Source of the DNA: Eledone cirrhosa
Lineage: Eukaryota
NCBI GenBank assembly: GCA_964016885.1
Contig: OZ024742.1
Span: 378,262,001-378,326,000, forward strand
DNA length: 64,000 bases
Reading direction: 5' to 3'
Each line of letters starts with the position of its first letter. Position 1 is the first letter of the stretch. Of this stretch, positions 35,516 through 49,600 are shown piece by piece. Both the position numbers and the translations under genes were made by a program. The notes under the pieces were generated by a model. That model saw only the letters and a program-made list of their open reading frames with translations. It was not told the origin of the DNA and made no database searches.

Positions 35516-38500
35516 GTTTTCTTTATTAACCACAAGGGTTTACATAAAGTAGACATTAAGGACAGTACAGGACAATACAGGACGGTACAAATGGGCATTT
35601 CTGCGTGTAAAAAAAACAGAGGATGAAATAAAATAACAAAGAAAAATTCCCCAATAGGGGGGAGACTTCCGAGAGACATTTGTGGAGAAAGCCCATTAAA
35701 AGACCACAGTGGCCCTGACCAGCAGGGCAAGTGCCCTCTCCCAGTTTTCCACCTTTAATTTACAGACACATACTCAGAGAAGGCCCATTCATTCGGGCCA
35801 TACTTGCTTCTCTCACCCATCTTTCAACAAAATGCTGGGAAGAGAGCAGTTCCCTCTCTACCCTGATTTTCCTTTTCAGATGAAATTTGAAAAAGTTAAT
35901 CAGGGCATCACCGAAGAGGTAAGTGCTCGTCTTCAGCCCTTTCAAACCTGTCCACCATACTATCTCTTTCGCCATGGCCACCAGACAGATAAAAACTGCC
36001 TGCCCTTATCGGCTAAAGGAAGAGGGCGGGGCAATCCTCACGATGGACTCAGCTGATAGCTGGATCCGTCCTACACGTGACAGCAGGTGTTCGACATAAA
36101 CCCACAAGTCAGCAATGCTCGGACACTGGACGAGTGCGTGCAGGACGGTTTCGTCGCCCTGTGCGCATCTCGGACATGCCCGACTGACGGCACCTCCATG
36201 CCTGTAAAGTTTATCCCGAACTGGCAAAGCACCCCGGTAGCACTGCCAGGCCAGGGATTTCTGGAAGTTGTCCATAGGCCCCGGCCCGAAAGTCCTTCCG
36301 AAGAGATTGGCTAGTTGATTTTTGTCGACGTCTAGAGTTTCTCCAAGTACGTCGTCGCTCCTCCCCTCCACTAATCCCCTATAGAACGCCAAGGTGGAGT
36401 TTCCGCCGATCACATTGCCCGATTGGTCGAGGGCTGTGACCGCCTGAAGACATTCCAGTCTCCAAGCGCTCCCTCTCGGTCTTCGCTTGACCCAGGACTG
36501 CAGCTCCGTCAAGGAGACGAGCTGGGGAAAAACGTGTCTAGCAAACGGCGACCACACCTGATCACCGTCGAGGAAGAGGTGGAGATTTCGTAGCCTGAGC
36601 GCGTGTCTGCGCATCATCAGCCACGGCATGCCCAGCCCTCCACGTAGCGGGTGTTGACAGCAGATGGACCGCCTGACCATCTGAGCGCGTCCCTACCACA
36701 AGAAGCGAAAGAGCAAACGCTCCAGCGCAGTCAGGTGGGGCTTAGGACAAGGTACGACGGTCAGGCGGTAGTAGATGACGGACGCGATGTACGCGTTAGC
36801 CACCTCCGCTCGACCTTTCAGGGATAGCTTCCTCTCCGCCCATTTCTGGGTGAGAGAAGCCACCCTGCTCGTCACCTCGTCCCAGTTTTTGTCCGTCTGG
36901 AGGTCTGGACCGAACCAGACCCCTAGCAATTTAACCGGTCCGTCCGTCCAGCGCCCGACGACGCTGTTGGACGGCATGGACCTGCCTCTCCAGGTGCCGA
37001 GCTGCAGGCCCACTGACTTTTCCTGGTTGATCATTGCTCCTGTCACCGCTTCGTATTCTCTTAGTGTAGTGCCGATCGCCTCGATGTGTTTGGCGTTCGA
37101 CACCACTACGGTGACATCGTCCGCATATGCTGACACGGATCTTCCGCATCCTAGTTCGCGCGGGACCCTCCTCAACGTCTCCAGTTTGTGCAGTAATGGC
37201 TCGAGAGTCAATACGTACAATAGGGACGAGAGGGGACATCCTTGGCGGACCGAGCGCATGCTGTTGAACGGTTCCGAAAGGTGACCGTTCACTCTCACTA
37301 CAGAGCAGATGTCGCTGTGCATGGCAGCGATCCAGCCTCTGAAGACGGGCCCAAAGCCAGCCGCCCTCAGGACTGCCGCTAGGTAACGATGGTCGACCCT
37401 ATCGAAGGCTTTCGACTGATCTAAATTGATCAAAGACCCACCCGTGCCAGGTTCCCTAGCTACCCTTTCTACGATGTATCGCATGAGGTGGAGGTTGTCG
37501 TTTTGGTATCGTTTTGGTTGTTTTGTTTTGTTTGCGTTTGTTGTGGGTTTGTTTCTGTTTCGCATTTTGGTGACTTTTGTGGTGTAGGTAATGGTGGTGT
37601 TGGGGTTAATGATGGTGGTGGTGTTGGTGTTTGGGTTGATGGGGTTGGTGATGCTGGTGTGGATGGTGGCATATCTGTCCTAACTTTTTTGTTTCTTAAT
37701 TTATTTGTTTCCCTCTGTATTTTGTTTTTGGAGGGGGAAGGAAGAGAATTTTTTCTTTTTTGGTTTCTTTTTTTTTTTCCGGATATCGTTTCCCACTCCT
37801 CGTCGTCACAATCTGTCTCCAGTTGTGATAGGCCGGGGAGTGGAAAATCCTCCACAGCCGTTAGTTTTGGTTGTGGCGTGGTGGATGGTGTAGGCGCTGG
37901 TGCTAGTTCTGAAGCGTTGGGTGGTGGTAGTGTTGGTTTTGCTGGTGGTGGTGTTGGTGTTGGTTTTGCTACTGTTGCCGGGGTTGTTGCTGTTATAGTT
38001 GCTTCTGTTGTTGCTGCCATCTCTGCTACTGGTGGTATTGATGGTTGTGTCACTGGGGTGGGTAGGAGAGGTGGCCTCAACCTTTTAGCCTGAGGGCAGA
38101 AAGCCCTTAGGTGGGTTCCTTCACCACAAACGACACACCTAGGTCTTCTGCCCTCGACAATTCCCGTGAGGTGGCTGCCGTTAGTGAGGTCTATTACCTC
38201 TGGGATCTCCTCAATGCTTTTTTGGTCCGCTTGGATCAGGAGCTCCATCCCAGATCCGGACCAGTTCTCCTGCTTTTCTTTTGCTATTGCTATTATTTTC
38301 GTGTTGGCTTCGATGCCGGCGAGGACAGCCGCTATTAGCCAGGGAATTTCGATGGCCGGTGGAACGTGGGTCACCCTGATCTTTACGAGTCTCTGACAAC
38401 AATAGCTTGGGACGAGTGTGAAGTCGTCACTTCTTAATGGGGCCATGGAGTGTTCTCTAGCCTCCTCTGGTGTTTCAAAGAACACGTCCACGGTTCCATA

Positions 38501-39371
38501 CTTTTGCCCACGTCTGGTGTGGGTTTTTCTTGCCAACACATGTCCCAAAGCTTTTTGGATTTGGGACTCGGATGCCCGTTCCACTCGGCGCGATTTTACA
38601 TTTATTGTTCTATACGACACGGTGCATAGGCGCCGATGCTCCATTTTATTAGGTGGGGGGGGGGGAGGCTGACCCTGTACCCATCTTTCTTTACCATTTG
38701 TTTGGCATTTTCTAAATCCTCCTGAGTTACCGTATATGCTTCGAACTGTTTTGCTACTATTGCAAAACTGAGGGGCGTTTTTATAATGTCATTGTTGTTG
38801 TTGTTGCTATCGTTATTTGTGTTAATATTAATTTTAGTTTCAGTTGTGGTGGTGGTGACGTCAGTCGTCTTTGGTGGGGAAGAGTCCATTTTGCTTGATT
38901 TCATTTCGACATTACGAGTTAATTTATTTTTTTCTTCTTTTGTTTCTGTTGTCGCGGTGGTGGTGGTGGAGGCTTTAACACCTGCAGTCATTGGTAATGG
39001 CGGGAAATGAATGTCTGCCTGAGACAAATTTAAAATATTGCTAGTGCTTATATTTTTTGTTTGTGTTGGCAAACGTAGTAACGTTTACAATGGTGGTGTC
39101 GGTGTGAGGTGTTAATTTGTGAGGAAGGCTTTCAGCTGCTTCGTGCAGAGGTGAATTACCCATTTTTTTCAAAGAAATATTTTTGATAATAATAAAAGTT
39201 TAAATTTTGGGCACAAGGTCCCAATCTTTTTGGGTGTCCTTTTCGGAAAACAATGTATGTGCGCTTATAAACAGTTAACAATAAAATTTTCCATAAATGA
39301 CAATTTTTAACAAACGGAAATAACAAACCTTTGCGGAGCTCACGATGATACGATTTACTACGTAGGTCGCC
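35516..39371 (-). mobile_element. Tx1 copy T4 (ORF1 alpha), both ends present, large internal deletion removing the ORF1 end, APE and RT N-terminus
   Basis: ORF1 37507-39072 joins RT DNLHLMRY at about 37500; YADD and CCHC retained; 5' end matches T1 (GGCGACCTACG). Confidence 0.92.
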
Positions 39372-39410
<39 letters not shown>

Positions 39411-39411
<1 letters not shown>

Positions 39412-39692
39412 TAGGCGCTCTGGGAATGATACCTAAGGGGTCTAATGATTACTTATCGCAAATCCCAGGAAACCCGCGTATAGGAGAAATACAAAAGATA
39501 GTACTAATGGGAACTGCCCATATACTAAGGAAGATTCTGTCAATATAAGTACATCACAAGTCTAAACACTAAAGATGTATGTGTGAATATGTATGTTCTT
39601 TCTTGAACATGGCGGACCTTGTTGTCTCTTGAGGTCACTGGTTGTGACTTGGTGATAACTCGTATGAACATAAAGCAAGATAAATGCAACTG
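39411..39692 (+). mobile_element. Heavily 5'-truncated copy E2 of the second R4 family
   Basis: Near-identical to 26693-26974; (TAA)n tail 39693-39744. Confidence 0.92.
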
Positions 39693-39712
39693 TAATAATA
39701 ATAATAATAATA

Positions 39713-39743
<31 letters not shown>

Positions 39744-39744
39744 T

Positions 39745-41364
39745 GATTTCTTTATTGGCCACAAGGGCTGACATCAAGAAAAACATTACAGACGGAACAG
39801 GACGGTAAGATGTGGGTTTTGTGCGTGTAAATATTTTTATTATTTATATAAGAAAAGAAAAAAGACATAAAACATATATATATATATAAACAATAAAATG
39901 AAAATTGAAACAATGAAAAATTCCCCAATAGGGGGAAACCTCCGAGGGTTACTCGTGGCGAAAACCACACAAAAGACCACGGCCACCCTGACTACCAGGG
40001 CAAGCGCCCTCTCTCAATTTTTCCATCTCTCAAACTACAGACGTATATTCAGAGTGGTCCCGTTCACTCGGTCCATCCTCGCTACATTCACCCACCTTTC
40101 AACAAACTTGCTAGAAAGCAGCACTTGCCTCTCCACCCTGATTTTCCTATTCAAGTGAAACTTGAAAAAGTTAATCAGGGATTCGCCGAAGAGGAAAGTG
40201 TTTGTCTTTAATCCTTTTAACCTTGTCCACCACACAATCTCTTTCGCCATGGCCACCAGGCAGATGAAAACCGCCTGCCCTTCCTCCTCAAAGGAAGACG
40301 GTGAGACCATCTGCACAATGGACTCAGTCGACAACCGGATCAGACCCACACGTGACAGCAACTGTTTGACATGGTTCCACAAGTCAGCAATTCTCGGGCA
40401 CTGAACGAGTGCGTGCACGACGGTTTCGTCGCTCTGCGCACATCTCGGACAGGCTCGGCTGACGGCACTTCCGTGCCTGTAGAGCTTATCTCGAACCGGC
40501 AGCGCTCCCCGGTAGCACTGCCAGGCCAGGGATTTTTAGAAGTTATCCATAGGCTCCGGGCTGAAAATTCTCCGGAAGAGAGCAAGCAGCTGATCTTCTT
40601 CGACGCCCAGGATCTCTCCGAGAACGTCGTCGCTCTTCCCCTCCACTAGTCCTCTATAGAACGCCGAGGTGGATGTTCCACCGATACTGGTGCCCAACTG
40701 GGAGAGGGCAGTGAGCGCCTGGAGACATTCCAGTTTCCAAGCGCTATCCCTCGGTCTTTTTCTGACCCAGGACTGCAGCTTCGTCAAGGAGACGAGCTGT
40801 GGGAAAATGTGCCTGGCGAACGGCGACCACACCCGTTCACCATCAAGGAAGCACCAGAGATGTCGCAGCCTCAGCGCATGTTTGCGCATCATCAGCCATG
40901 GCATGCCCAGTCCTCCACGCAACGGGTGCTGACAGCAGATGGATCGTCTGGCCAATGGAGCGCGTCCCTTCCACAAAAAGCGGAAGAGGAGGCGCTCCAT
41001 TTTGGTGAGAGTTGGGCTGGATCAAGGGACGACGGTGAGGCGGTAGCAGATGACGGTGGCGATGTACGCATTCGCCACTTCCGCCCGGCCTTTCAGGGAC
41101 AGCTTCCTCTCAGCCCATTTCTGGGTGAGGGAGGCCACCCTGCTCGTCACCTCGTTCCAGATTTTCTCCATCTGGAGGTCCGGTCCGAACCAGACCCCGA
41201 GCAATTTAACCGGTCCGTCCGTCCAACGCCCCACGACGCTGTCGGACGGCATGGACTTGCCTCTCCAGGTGCCTAGCTGAAAGCCCACCGACTTTTCCTG
41301 GTTTATCTTTGCTCCTGTCACCGTTTCGTATTCCTTGAGAGTGGTGCCGAGCATCTGGACGTGT
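39745..41364 (-). mobile_element. 5'-truncated Tx1 element T5 (fourth, diverged subfamily)
   Basis: GAKINQEKS, LSLKGRA, GGLGMP, CCHC region; own 3' UTR. Confidence 0.9.
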
Positions 41365-44300
41365 CTTTATTAACCACAAGGGTTTACATAAAGTAGACAT
41401 TAAGGAGAGTGCAGGACAATACAGGACGGTACAAATGGGCATTTCTGCGTGTAAAAAACAAAAACAGAGGATGTAACAAAAAATAACAATGAAAAATTCC
41501 CCAATAGGGGGGAGACTTCGGAGGGACATTTGTGGAGAAAGCCCAGTAAAAGGCCACAGTGACCCTGACCACCAAGTCAAGTGTCCTCTCCCAGTTTTCC
41601 ACCTTTAATTTACAGATACGTACTCAGAGTAGGCCCATTCACTCGGGCCATTCTTGCTTCTCTCACCCATCTTTCAACAAAATGCTGGGAAGAGAGCACT
41701 TCCCTCTCTACTCTGATTTTCCTTTTCAAATGAAATTTGAAAAAGTCAATCAGGGCATCACCGAAGAGGTAAGTGCTCGTCTTCAGCCCTTTCAAACGTG
41801 TCCACCACACTATCTCTTTCGCCATGGCCACCAGACAGATAAAAACTGCCTGCCCTTCCCGGCTAAAGGAAGAGGGCGGGGCAATCCTCACGATGGACTC
41901 AGATGATAGCCGGATCCGTCCTACACGTGACAGCAGGTGTTCGACATAAACCCACAAGTCAGCAATTTTAGGACACTGTCCATAGGTCCCGGCCCGAAAG
42001 TTCTTCCGAAGAGATTGGCTAGTTGATTTTCGTCAAAGCCTAGAGTTTCCCCAAGTACGTCGTCGCTATTCCCCTCCACTAATCCTCTATAGAACGCCGA
42101 TGTGGAGTTTCCACCGATCACATTGCCCGATTGGTCGAGGGCTGTGAGCGCCTGAAAACATTCCAGTGTCCAGGCGCTCCCTCTCGGTCTTCGCTTGACC
42201 CAGGACTGCAGCTCCGTCAAGGAGCAAGGAAACGAGCTGGGAAATACGTGTCTAGCAAACGGTGACCACACCTGATCACCGTCGAGGAAGAGGTGGAGAT
42301 GTCGTAGCCTGAGCGCGTGTCTGCGCATCATCAGCTATGGCATTCCCATCCCTCCACGTAGCGGGTGTTGACAGCAGATGGACCGCCTGACCATCGGAGC
42401 GCGTCCCTTCCACAAAAAGCGAAAGAGCAAACGCTCCAGCGCAGTCAGGCGGGGCTTAGGACAAGGTACGACGGTCAGGCGGTAGCAGATGACAGACGCG
42501 ATATACGCGTTAGCCACCTCCACTCGACCTTTCAGGGATAGCTTCCTCTCCGCCCATTTCTGGGTGAGAGAAGCCACTCTGCTCGTCACCTCGTCCCAGT
42601 TTTTGTCCGTCTGGAGGTCCGGACCGAACCAGACCCCTAGAAATTAAACCGGTCCGTCCGTCCAGCGTCCGACGATGCTGTTGGACGGCATGGACCTGCC
42701 TCTCCAGGTGCCGAGCAGCAGGCCCACTGACTTTTCCTGGTTGATCATTGCTCCTGTCACCGCTTCGTATTCTCTTAGTGTAGTGCCGATCGCCTCGATG
42801 TGTTTGGCGTTCGACACCACTACGGTGACATCGTCCGCATATGCTGACATGGATCATCCGCATCCTAGTTCGCGCGGGACCCCCCTCAACGTCTCCAGTT
42901 TGTGCAGTAATGGCTCGAGAGTCAATACGTACAAGAGGGACGAGAGGGGACATCCTTGGCGGACCGAGCGCATGCTGTTGAACGGTTCCTAAAGGTGACC
43001 GTTCACTCTCACCACAGAGCAGATGTCGCTGTGCATGGCAGCGATCCAGCCTCTGAAGATGGGCCCAAAGCGACCCGCCCTCAGGACTGCCGATAGGTAA
43101 CGATGGTCGACCCTATCGAAGGCTTTCGACTGATCTAAATTGATCAAAGACCCACCCGTGCCAGGTTCCCTAGCTACCCTTTCTACGATGTATCGCATGA
43201 GGTGGAGGTTGTTGTGGATGGATCTGTCGGGAATGGCGCCTCTCCCACCAGACCACCAACAACAAACGCCAACCTCTTTGCTAGCACCTTGGCCAAAATC
43301 TTGAACTCTGTGTTTAGCAGAGTTATGGGCCGGAAATTATCTATGTTATCCCCCTTGTTCGGATCCTTTCTCAGCAGTGCCACCGCTCCTCGGCTCACAG
43401 AACTGGGAATTCTCCCGTTCTGTTGCCAGTTGCAGTAGACGTCCGCCAAGAGGCCTCCGAACAAGTCTGGCATCTGTACGTAAAGTTCATAGGGCAGACC
43501 ATCCAAACCAGGCGATTTACCCCTTGTGCAGCCAGTCATTGCCTCCCTTACTTCAGCGGCTGTTATCGACTTTTCGCAACACTCTGCCTCAGTGGCCGAG
43601 ACCGCGGCAGTCCGTCGAGGTAGACACTAAAGTCCATCCCTCGACAAGGCCCACCGCTGCCCCCGAACAGCTGAGTGAAGTGTCGCTGAAAAGCTTCACA
43701 CATTTTCCCGGGATCGAGTAGCGAGCGCTCGTCGTGGTCCACCAAAGACCGGATCGTGGCTTTGTTACCACGACGCGCATCTGCCACTCGGGCCCATTGA
43801 ACGGCTTTCGTCCCCTCGTGTCTGAGAGCACGCACCCTAGCTCTGACAACGCAGCCTTCGTGCTTTGCATTGAAGAATTGGTCAAGGGCCAATTTCGCCG
43901 CAAGCACGTCGGTCGCAATGCCTTTTCTAAGCGCCTCGTCTAATTTTCTAACTAGTTCTCCCTCTGCTCTATTTTTCTCTATTGCTAAAGCGTTACTAAA
44001 CCTAATGGATTCTATTCTAATCGCTCTTTTCAGTGCAAACCACCACTTGTTGTTGACGATGGCCCCCGTCAACGCCCGCTTAACTAGTTCGCTAATCCGG
44101 TCTCTGTAGGCCTTGCGCTATGGTAAGGACGCGTTTAGTTTCCAGTAGCAGGGTCCTCGTCTATGAAGCCTATCTAAGTCAAGCACACAGATCACGAATT
44201 TGTGGTCCGTGTAACTGACTATCTTGAATTGTGGACAGCCTATGCTAGACCTATCTATTTCCCTACAAATTACTCTATCTAGATATGATCTGGATGACCC

Positions 44301-46587
44301 TATGCGATTTGTCCAAGTCCACATTGGCACTTTCGGGAAATCCAATCGGTACCTGTCAGACAGTTCAAAACGCCTGAGCAGGTTGGTGAGGCTCTTGCAC
44401 CCTCCACCCCTATCCGCTAATCCCACACAGTCCCAACGTGCATCTAAGATCCCGTTCCAGTCGCCCACTAACACTAAAGAGCGGGACGTTCCAAGAAAGG
44501 TCTCCATAAGCAGTCTTATGTTAGTTGGCGTTTTGATTGGTGCTGGTATTATGTAGTCGTGTTGTGAAATGTCTGTGTGTTCAATTATGTAAGTCATTAG
44601 TTTCTTGTTGTGTGTATTTATTGCCGTGCATTTGTTTTTCTGGGGGTGTGGTGTGGTTCTGCTATTTTCTTGTCGTTGTTGCTGGGTGTGTGTGTTTTGT
44701 TGTTGTGTTTGCGATGTTGGTGCTTGTGGTGGTGGTGTTGAAGGTGTTGTTGGCGGTGGGGTTGTTGCCGGTGGTGATGGTGGTGCTAGTGTTGGTGGTG
44801 ATGGCGTTGGTGGTGTTGCTGCTGTGAGTCTCTTTGCAGTAGCCTTTACCCTTTTTCCTTCCTTTCCTCCCTTTTCAAAGGCGACGATGCGCTGCTTCTG
44901 CGTTTGTGCCTTCTTACGACCTTTTGCCACCCCTCTCCCACCTCACACTCCATGTCTGATTCTGTGAGGTCGGGGAGGGGTACCAGCTCCACTCTTTCAC
45001 TTGTTGTTGTTGGTGATGTTTGCACTGGAGTCTCTGTTGCAGCTGCATTTGGTATTGCCGTTGTTGTTGTTAATACTTCCACTGCTGCTGCTGTTTTTGA
45101 TTTCCGTGGCGTGGGTAAGGGTGCCACGGACCTATCGGTCCTGGTTGCCGCTTGTCCTGTTGCTGGTAGCCGTGGAGCTGGTTTCAGAAGGAGGGGGGTT
45201 TTCTCCTTTCTCAGGGTCTTCTCGTTGCAGAAGGCCCTGAGGTGAGTCTTCGATCCACAGCGAAAGCATTTCGGGCGTTTGCCCTCAACACTTATGGGCA
45301 GTTGAGTGCCGTTATCGAAGTCTATCACATCCGGGATAGCTTCGATGCACTCCTGGTTGGTTTGGATTAACATCTCAATGGAGGTGCCGACCCAATCTTC
45401 TCTTACTTTTTTCTGTACTTGCAGTACACAGTTGTTTTGTCCTCGATTCCGACGAGGACAGACGCAGCCAGCCAAGAAGGGTCATCCCGGGGAGGGGGGG
45501 GGGCGTGGGTCAGTTTGACCCTCACAATTTTTTGCCCGCAGTAGGAGGGCACCAACACCATTTCCTCGCTCCTTAAGGCGACTAAGGATTGAGCCTTTGC
45601 CTCCTGGGGTGTGGCAAAAAGTACGTCTACGGTGGCATATTTCTTGCCTCGGGTGATGTGCGTTTTCCGCTGCCACACAGACCCCAAGGCTTTTTGTTTT
45701 TGAGCCTCTGTGGCTCTTTCAACCCTATGGGATTTTGTACTTACTGTACGGTACGTGACCGTACAGTGCTGTTGGGTTTCGAAAAAATTTTCTGCTGCCT
45801 TGCAGATTGCTCGGTGTCCAGTCTTTGTCACCATCTTCTTCGCTTCCTCTAATTCCTCATTTGTTATGAGGATGGTTTCCAGGTTCTTTGCGATACCTGC
45901 AAATGAGATTGGTTTTTCTTTGCTGCTGTTGTTGTTGTTGTCGTCAGAGCTGCTGTTACTTTTGTTGTTGCTGCAGGTACTACGACTACTGCTGCCACCG
46001 ATGTTGCTGTGGTTGTTGTTGGTGTTGCTGCTGCTGCTAATGCTGTTGTTGTTTATGCTGCTGGTGATGCTGTTGCGGCTGCTACTGTTGTTTTCATTTT
46101 CACTGTTGCTGTTGTTATTACGGCTGCTACTGCTATTATTCCTGACGTCAGACGAATGAAATGGGTTTTCGTATTTCCCGCACACCTGTTTCGTCGGTGT
46201 CGTCGTCGTTGTGGAGAAATCTTGCACGCTTTGTACGAGACTTTTCTTTTCTGTCGTCGTTTGCGAAAGAGAAGGGAGGGAGAGAGAAAATCTTCTCTCT
46301 GCTGTAGTGACGATTGAGGAAGAAGAAGACGGAATGAGTGGGAGTGACCTATGAACATTCTTTTTCGTAGCCATGTTGTTTTTTGTTTAAAATAAATATT
46401 GGGCACAAAACCCCAATAAGCAGTTATTTAACCCCGAAGGGCCAAATAACGGACAGAAAGACCCCTCTCACGAGGAGGAGGGTGTTTTGTCTACAAGTTG
46501 CTTAAAGTTTTAAACAATTTACAATTGTTATAGCGGTCAAAATTTACAATACCTTACAGAGCCGAGCCTCCGTCAACCATAGCATTC
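41365..46587 (-). mobile_element. Tx1 copy T6 (ORF1 beta), tail-less, several deletions and frameshifts
   Basis: 5' end matches T3 (GAATGCTATGGTTGACGG); ORF1 44508-46374; ORF2 pieces 41610-44507. Confidence 0.92.
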
Positions 46588-46601
46588 AATAATAATAATA
46601 A

Positions 46602-46632
<31 letters not shown>

Positions 46633-46636
46633 AATA

Positions 46637-49600
46637 AAGGGAAGAAGACGCACGAGGTGACGGAGGTCATGAAATCGCTCCCGTAAGTTTTGAATTTTTA
46701 ACATATTTAAATCATTTGTGAAATAACAACTCTTAGTACAAATGCTACGTAAAGCACCCGGCTTGAGCCCCAAAAAAATTCGGACCCAAAATATATTGTT
46801 ATAAGGCTCAAATATTCAAATATTCAACTTTGTATTGTACACTGTATATCCAAAAAAAAATGGCTATAAATGGAAGAAGAAGAACCCCCCCCCCCCCTCC
46901 TCTCCTCTGGCTACACTATATAGGACAGCTAAACTCACCAACACCAGAAACTAGATACACCACCCACCCCATCATCTGTGTACACTAAACACAACAGCAT
47001 TTTCACCTTCACCGCCACCGCTCACTACGGCCATCATTACCACCACTATCCCATCACCGCCGCCACCACCCCTTGACTCCTTCACTGCTGCTGCCACCGC
47101 TACAGCACCATCACTACAGTAATACGGTCGCATCACCGCCACCACTGCCTCGGTATCGACACCACCACCACCACTGTCTCAGTATCGCCAACGCCGCCAG
47201 TCTCTGCTGGCTGCCACTTCCACATTATGGAATTCCTACTACTAACAAAGAGGAAGGCATCAAAATATATAGATAGACTCAAAAGAAAAAAGAAAAAACA
47301 AACAACAAAAGCAGCACAGCAACAACAGCAAAAAACGAGAAAAACAAACAGAGAAAAACAAAAACAAAAAAAGACACCCCAAAAACGTAAAGAAAATAAG
47401 AATGAAGAGAGAAGCAGGCGGACGGACAGAGAAGAGGGGGGAAAAAGTAAAACTTAAAAAACAAAAACTAAGTCAGACATTCGAATACTACATTACAATG
47501 AAACTTATGCTTATTCATTTTTGGGGCCCTTTCTGCCCGTGTGTTTGTTTGTTTATGTGTGTCCGTATACAGCGTGGTGATAATGCCACACAAGGGCCAA
47601 GGATGGCGGATCCACAGATGGCTATGTAAACATACATTCGCCAATCCTCGATAAGAGTGTTTAAATATCGAACATAAACAGTTCGAATAACGGTGAAATG
47701 GAGACTAGAACGTCATGTGACAGACTCTCACCCAACAGGTGCCCCCTGGCTCAGCAGCAGGAACCTGACTGTCAACCAAATACTGCTGATGTTGGAGGAA
47801 GAAGAAGAAGGAAAGGGGCCAGAACCAACTGGACGAAAGAATTGAATAGAACTGTTATGCAATGCTACCTGAAAAGTAACACCAAGGAGAGGGGCTACAG
47901 GAGACGGATGCATAACATCTGGAACGAGATTGGTTTATTTAAATTAGATGAACAAAAATTGGCCGGGCAGGCTCGGGTAATAAGAACTAATGGGTGGATA
48001 AGCGAGCTGGAACTGGAGGAACTGAGCAGAGAGAATGGCTTGGAGATGGCGGGTGTAGTATGCCAGACAAGCGAGCCGGCGGGAAATGAAGGTGAGGAGG
48101 TCCTGAGAACGGAGGAACCACCCGAAGCAGACAATGATCTGAATACTGAGATAAATAATACCTGGAACAGAGATACGGCCACTGAGGAGATGAATGCTGA
48201 CGGGCTAGGACAAGATTCGGTTGACATCCTAAATTTAGTGGTAGATGAGTTGAACAATGATAGTGGGAGACCTATGAACCTAAGATTTGTAGACAGGAAA
48301 AAGTTAAAAGAAACAACAGCTAAGGTAAACAAAGTCATCCCATACCTTGAGGCGAGGAGTCTTCACCAGTGCAACAATATCCTCAAAGCAACAGCAAATA
48401 CGGTGAGGAAACTACTTGGTATAAAAGCGAGAGGAAACAACAGACAAGAAAGAGCAGAGCCGTGGTGGAAGAAGCGACTGAGTGGGCAAATCGAGGAAAT
48501 GAGAAATGACATAGGAAAGCTTGAGTCACTATGAATGGGACACTAAAAAACATAGGCACTAAAAATAGACTGGAAATAAAATACAAAACTAGGAGTAAAA
48601 AGCTAAATATTATCATAGAGGAATTGAAGCAACGCATTGTAGCAAAGAGTGCCAAAATCAGGCGATACGAGAACAGAGTCAGTCAGTATAAACAGAACCG
48701 CATGTTCGACAACAACCAGAAGATGCTGTTTGGACAGCTTGAGGGGAAAGAAAGAGGCAACGACTTGATCCCTGGGGCGGAACAAGCTAAAACATTCTGG
48801 AGAGGAATATGGGAGCAGGATGTTAGACACAATGCCCAGGCAGGGTGGATTGAGACAGTACAGAGGGAGATCGGTGAGCAGGCACAGCAACAGACTGATT
48901 TGAGTATCACAGTTGAAACTCTTAAGGGGCAAGCCAAAAAACTAACCAACTGGAAATCACCAGGCCCAGATGGTGTGCAGGGGTATTGGATTAAACATTT
49001 AACATCCCTCCACCCGAAGCTGACGGCCATGTTCAATGACTGCTTGGTGTCGGGTGAGGTGCCAGAGTGGTTGACAAAAGGTACCACAGTTCTGATAATG
49101 AAAGACCGAATCAAGGGTAATGATGTTACCAACTATAGACCTATCACATGTCTGCCCGTAATGTGGAAACTGTTGACGAGCATTGTGTCTGAGGAAATCT
49201 ACCATCACCTCCACACAAACAACTTGTTGCCGGACGAACAGAAAGGATGCCGAAAGAAGTCACGTGGTACAAAGGACCAGTTGCTTATTGATAAGATGGT
49301 AATGGGGAATTGCAGGAGGAGACACACTGATCTTGCCATGGGATGGATAGACTACAGAAAGGCATTTGACATGGTGCCTCATTCCTGGATCACCAAAAGC
49401 CTGGAGATCTTCAGGGTGGCAGATAACATCAGACAGTTGCTGGGCAGGAGTATGGGGTCCTGGGAGACAGAGTTGACATCAACTGGAGTATCCTTGGGAA
49501 GCGTGAAGATCAAGAGAGGTATCTTCCAGGGAGATAGCCTGTCCCCTCTGTTGTTTGTCCTTGCCCTGATGCCCTTGACCATTATGCTGCGAAAAGTGAG

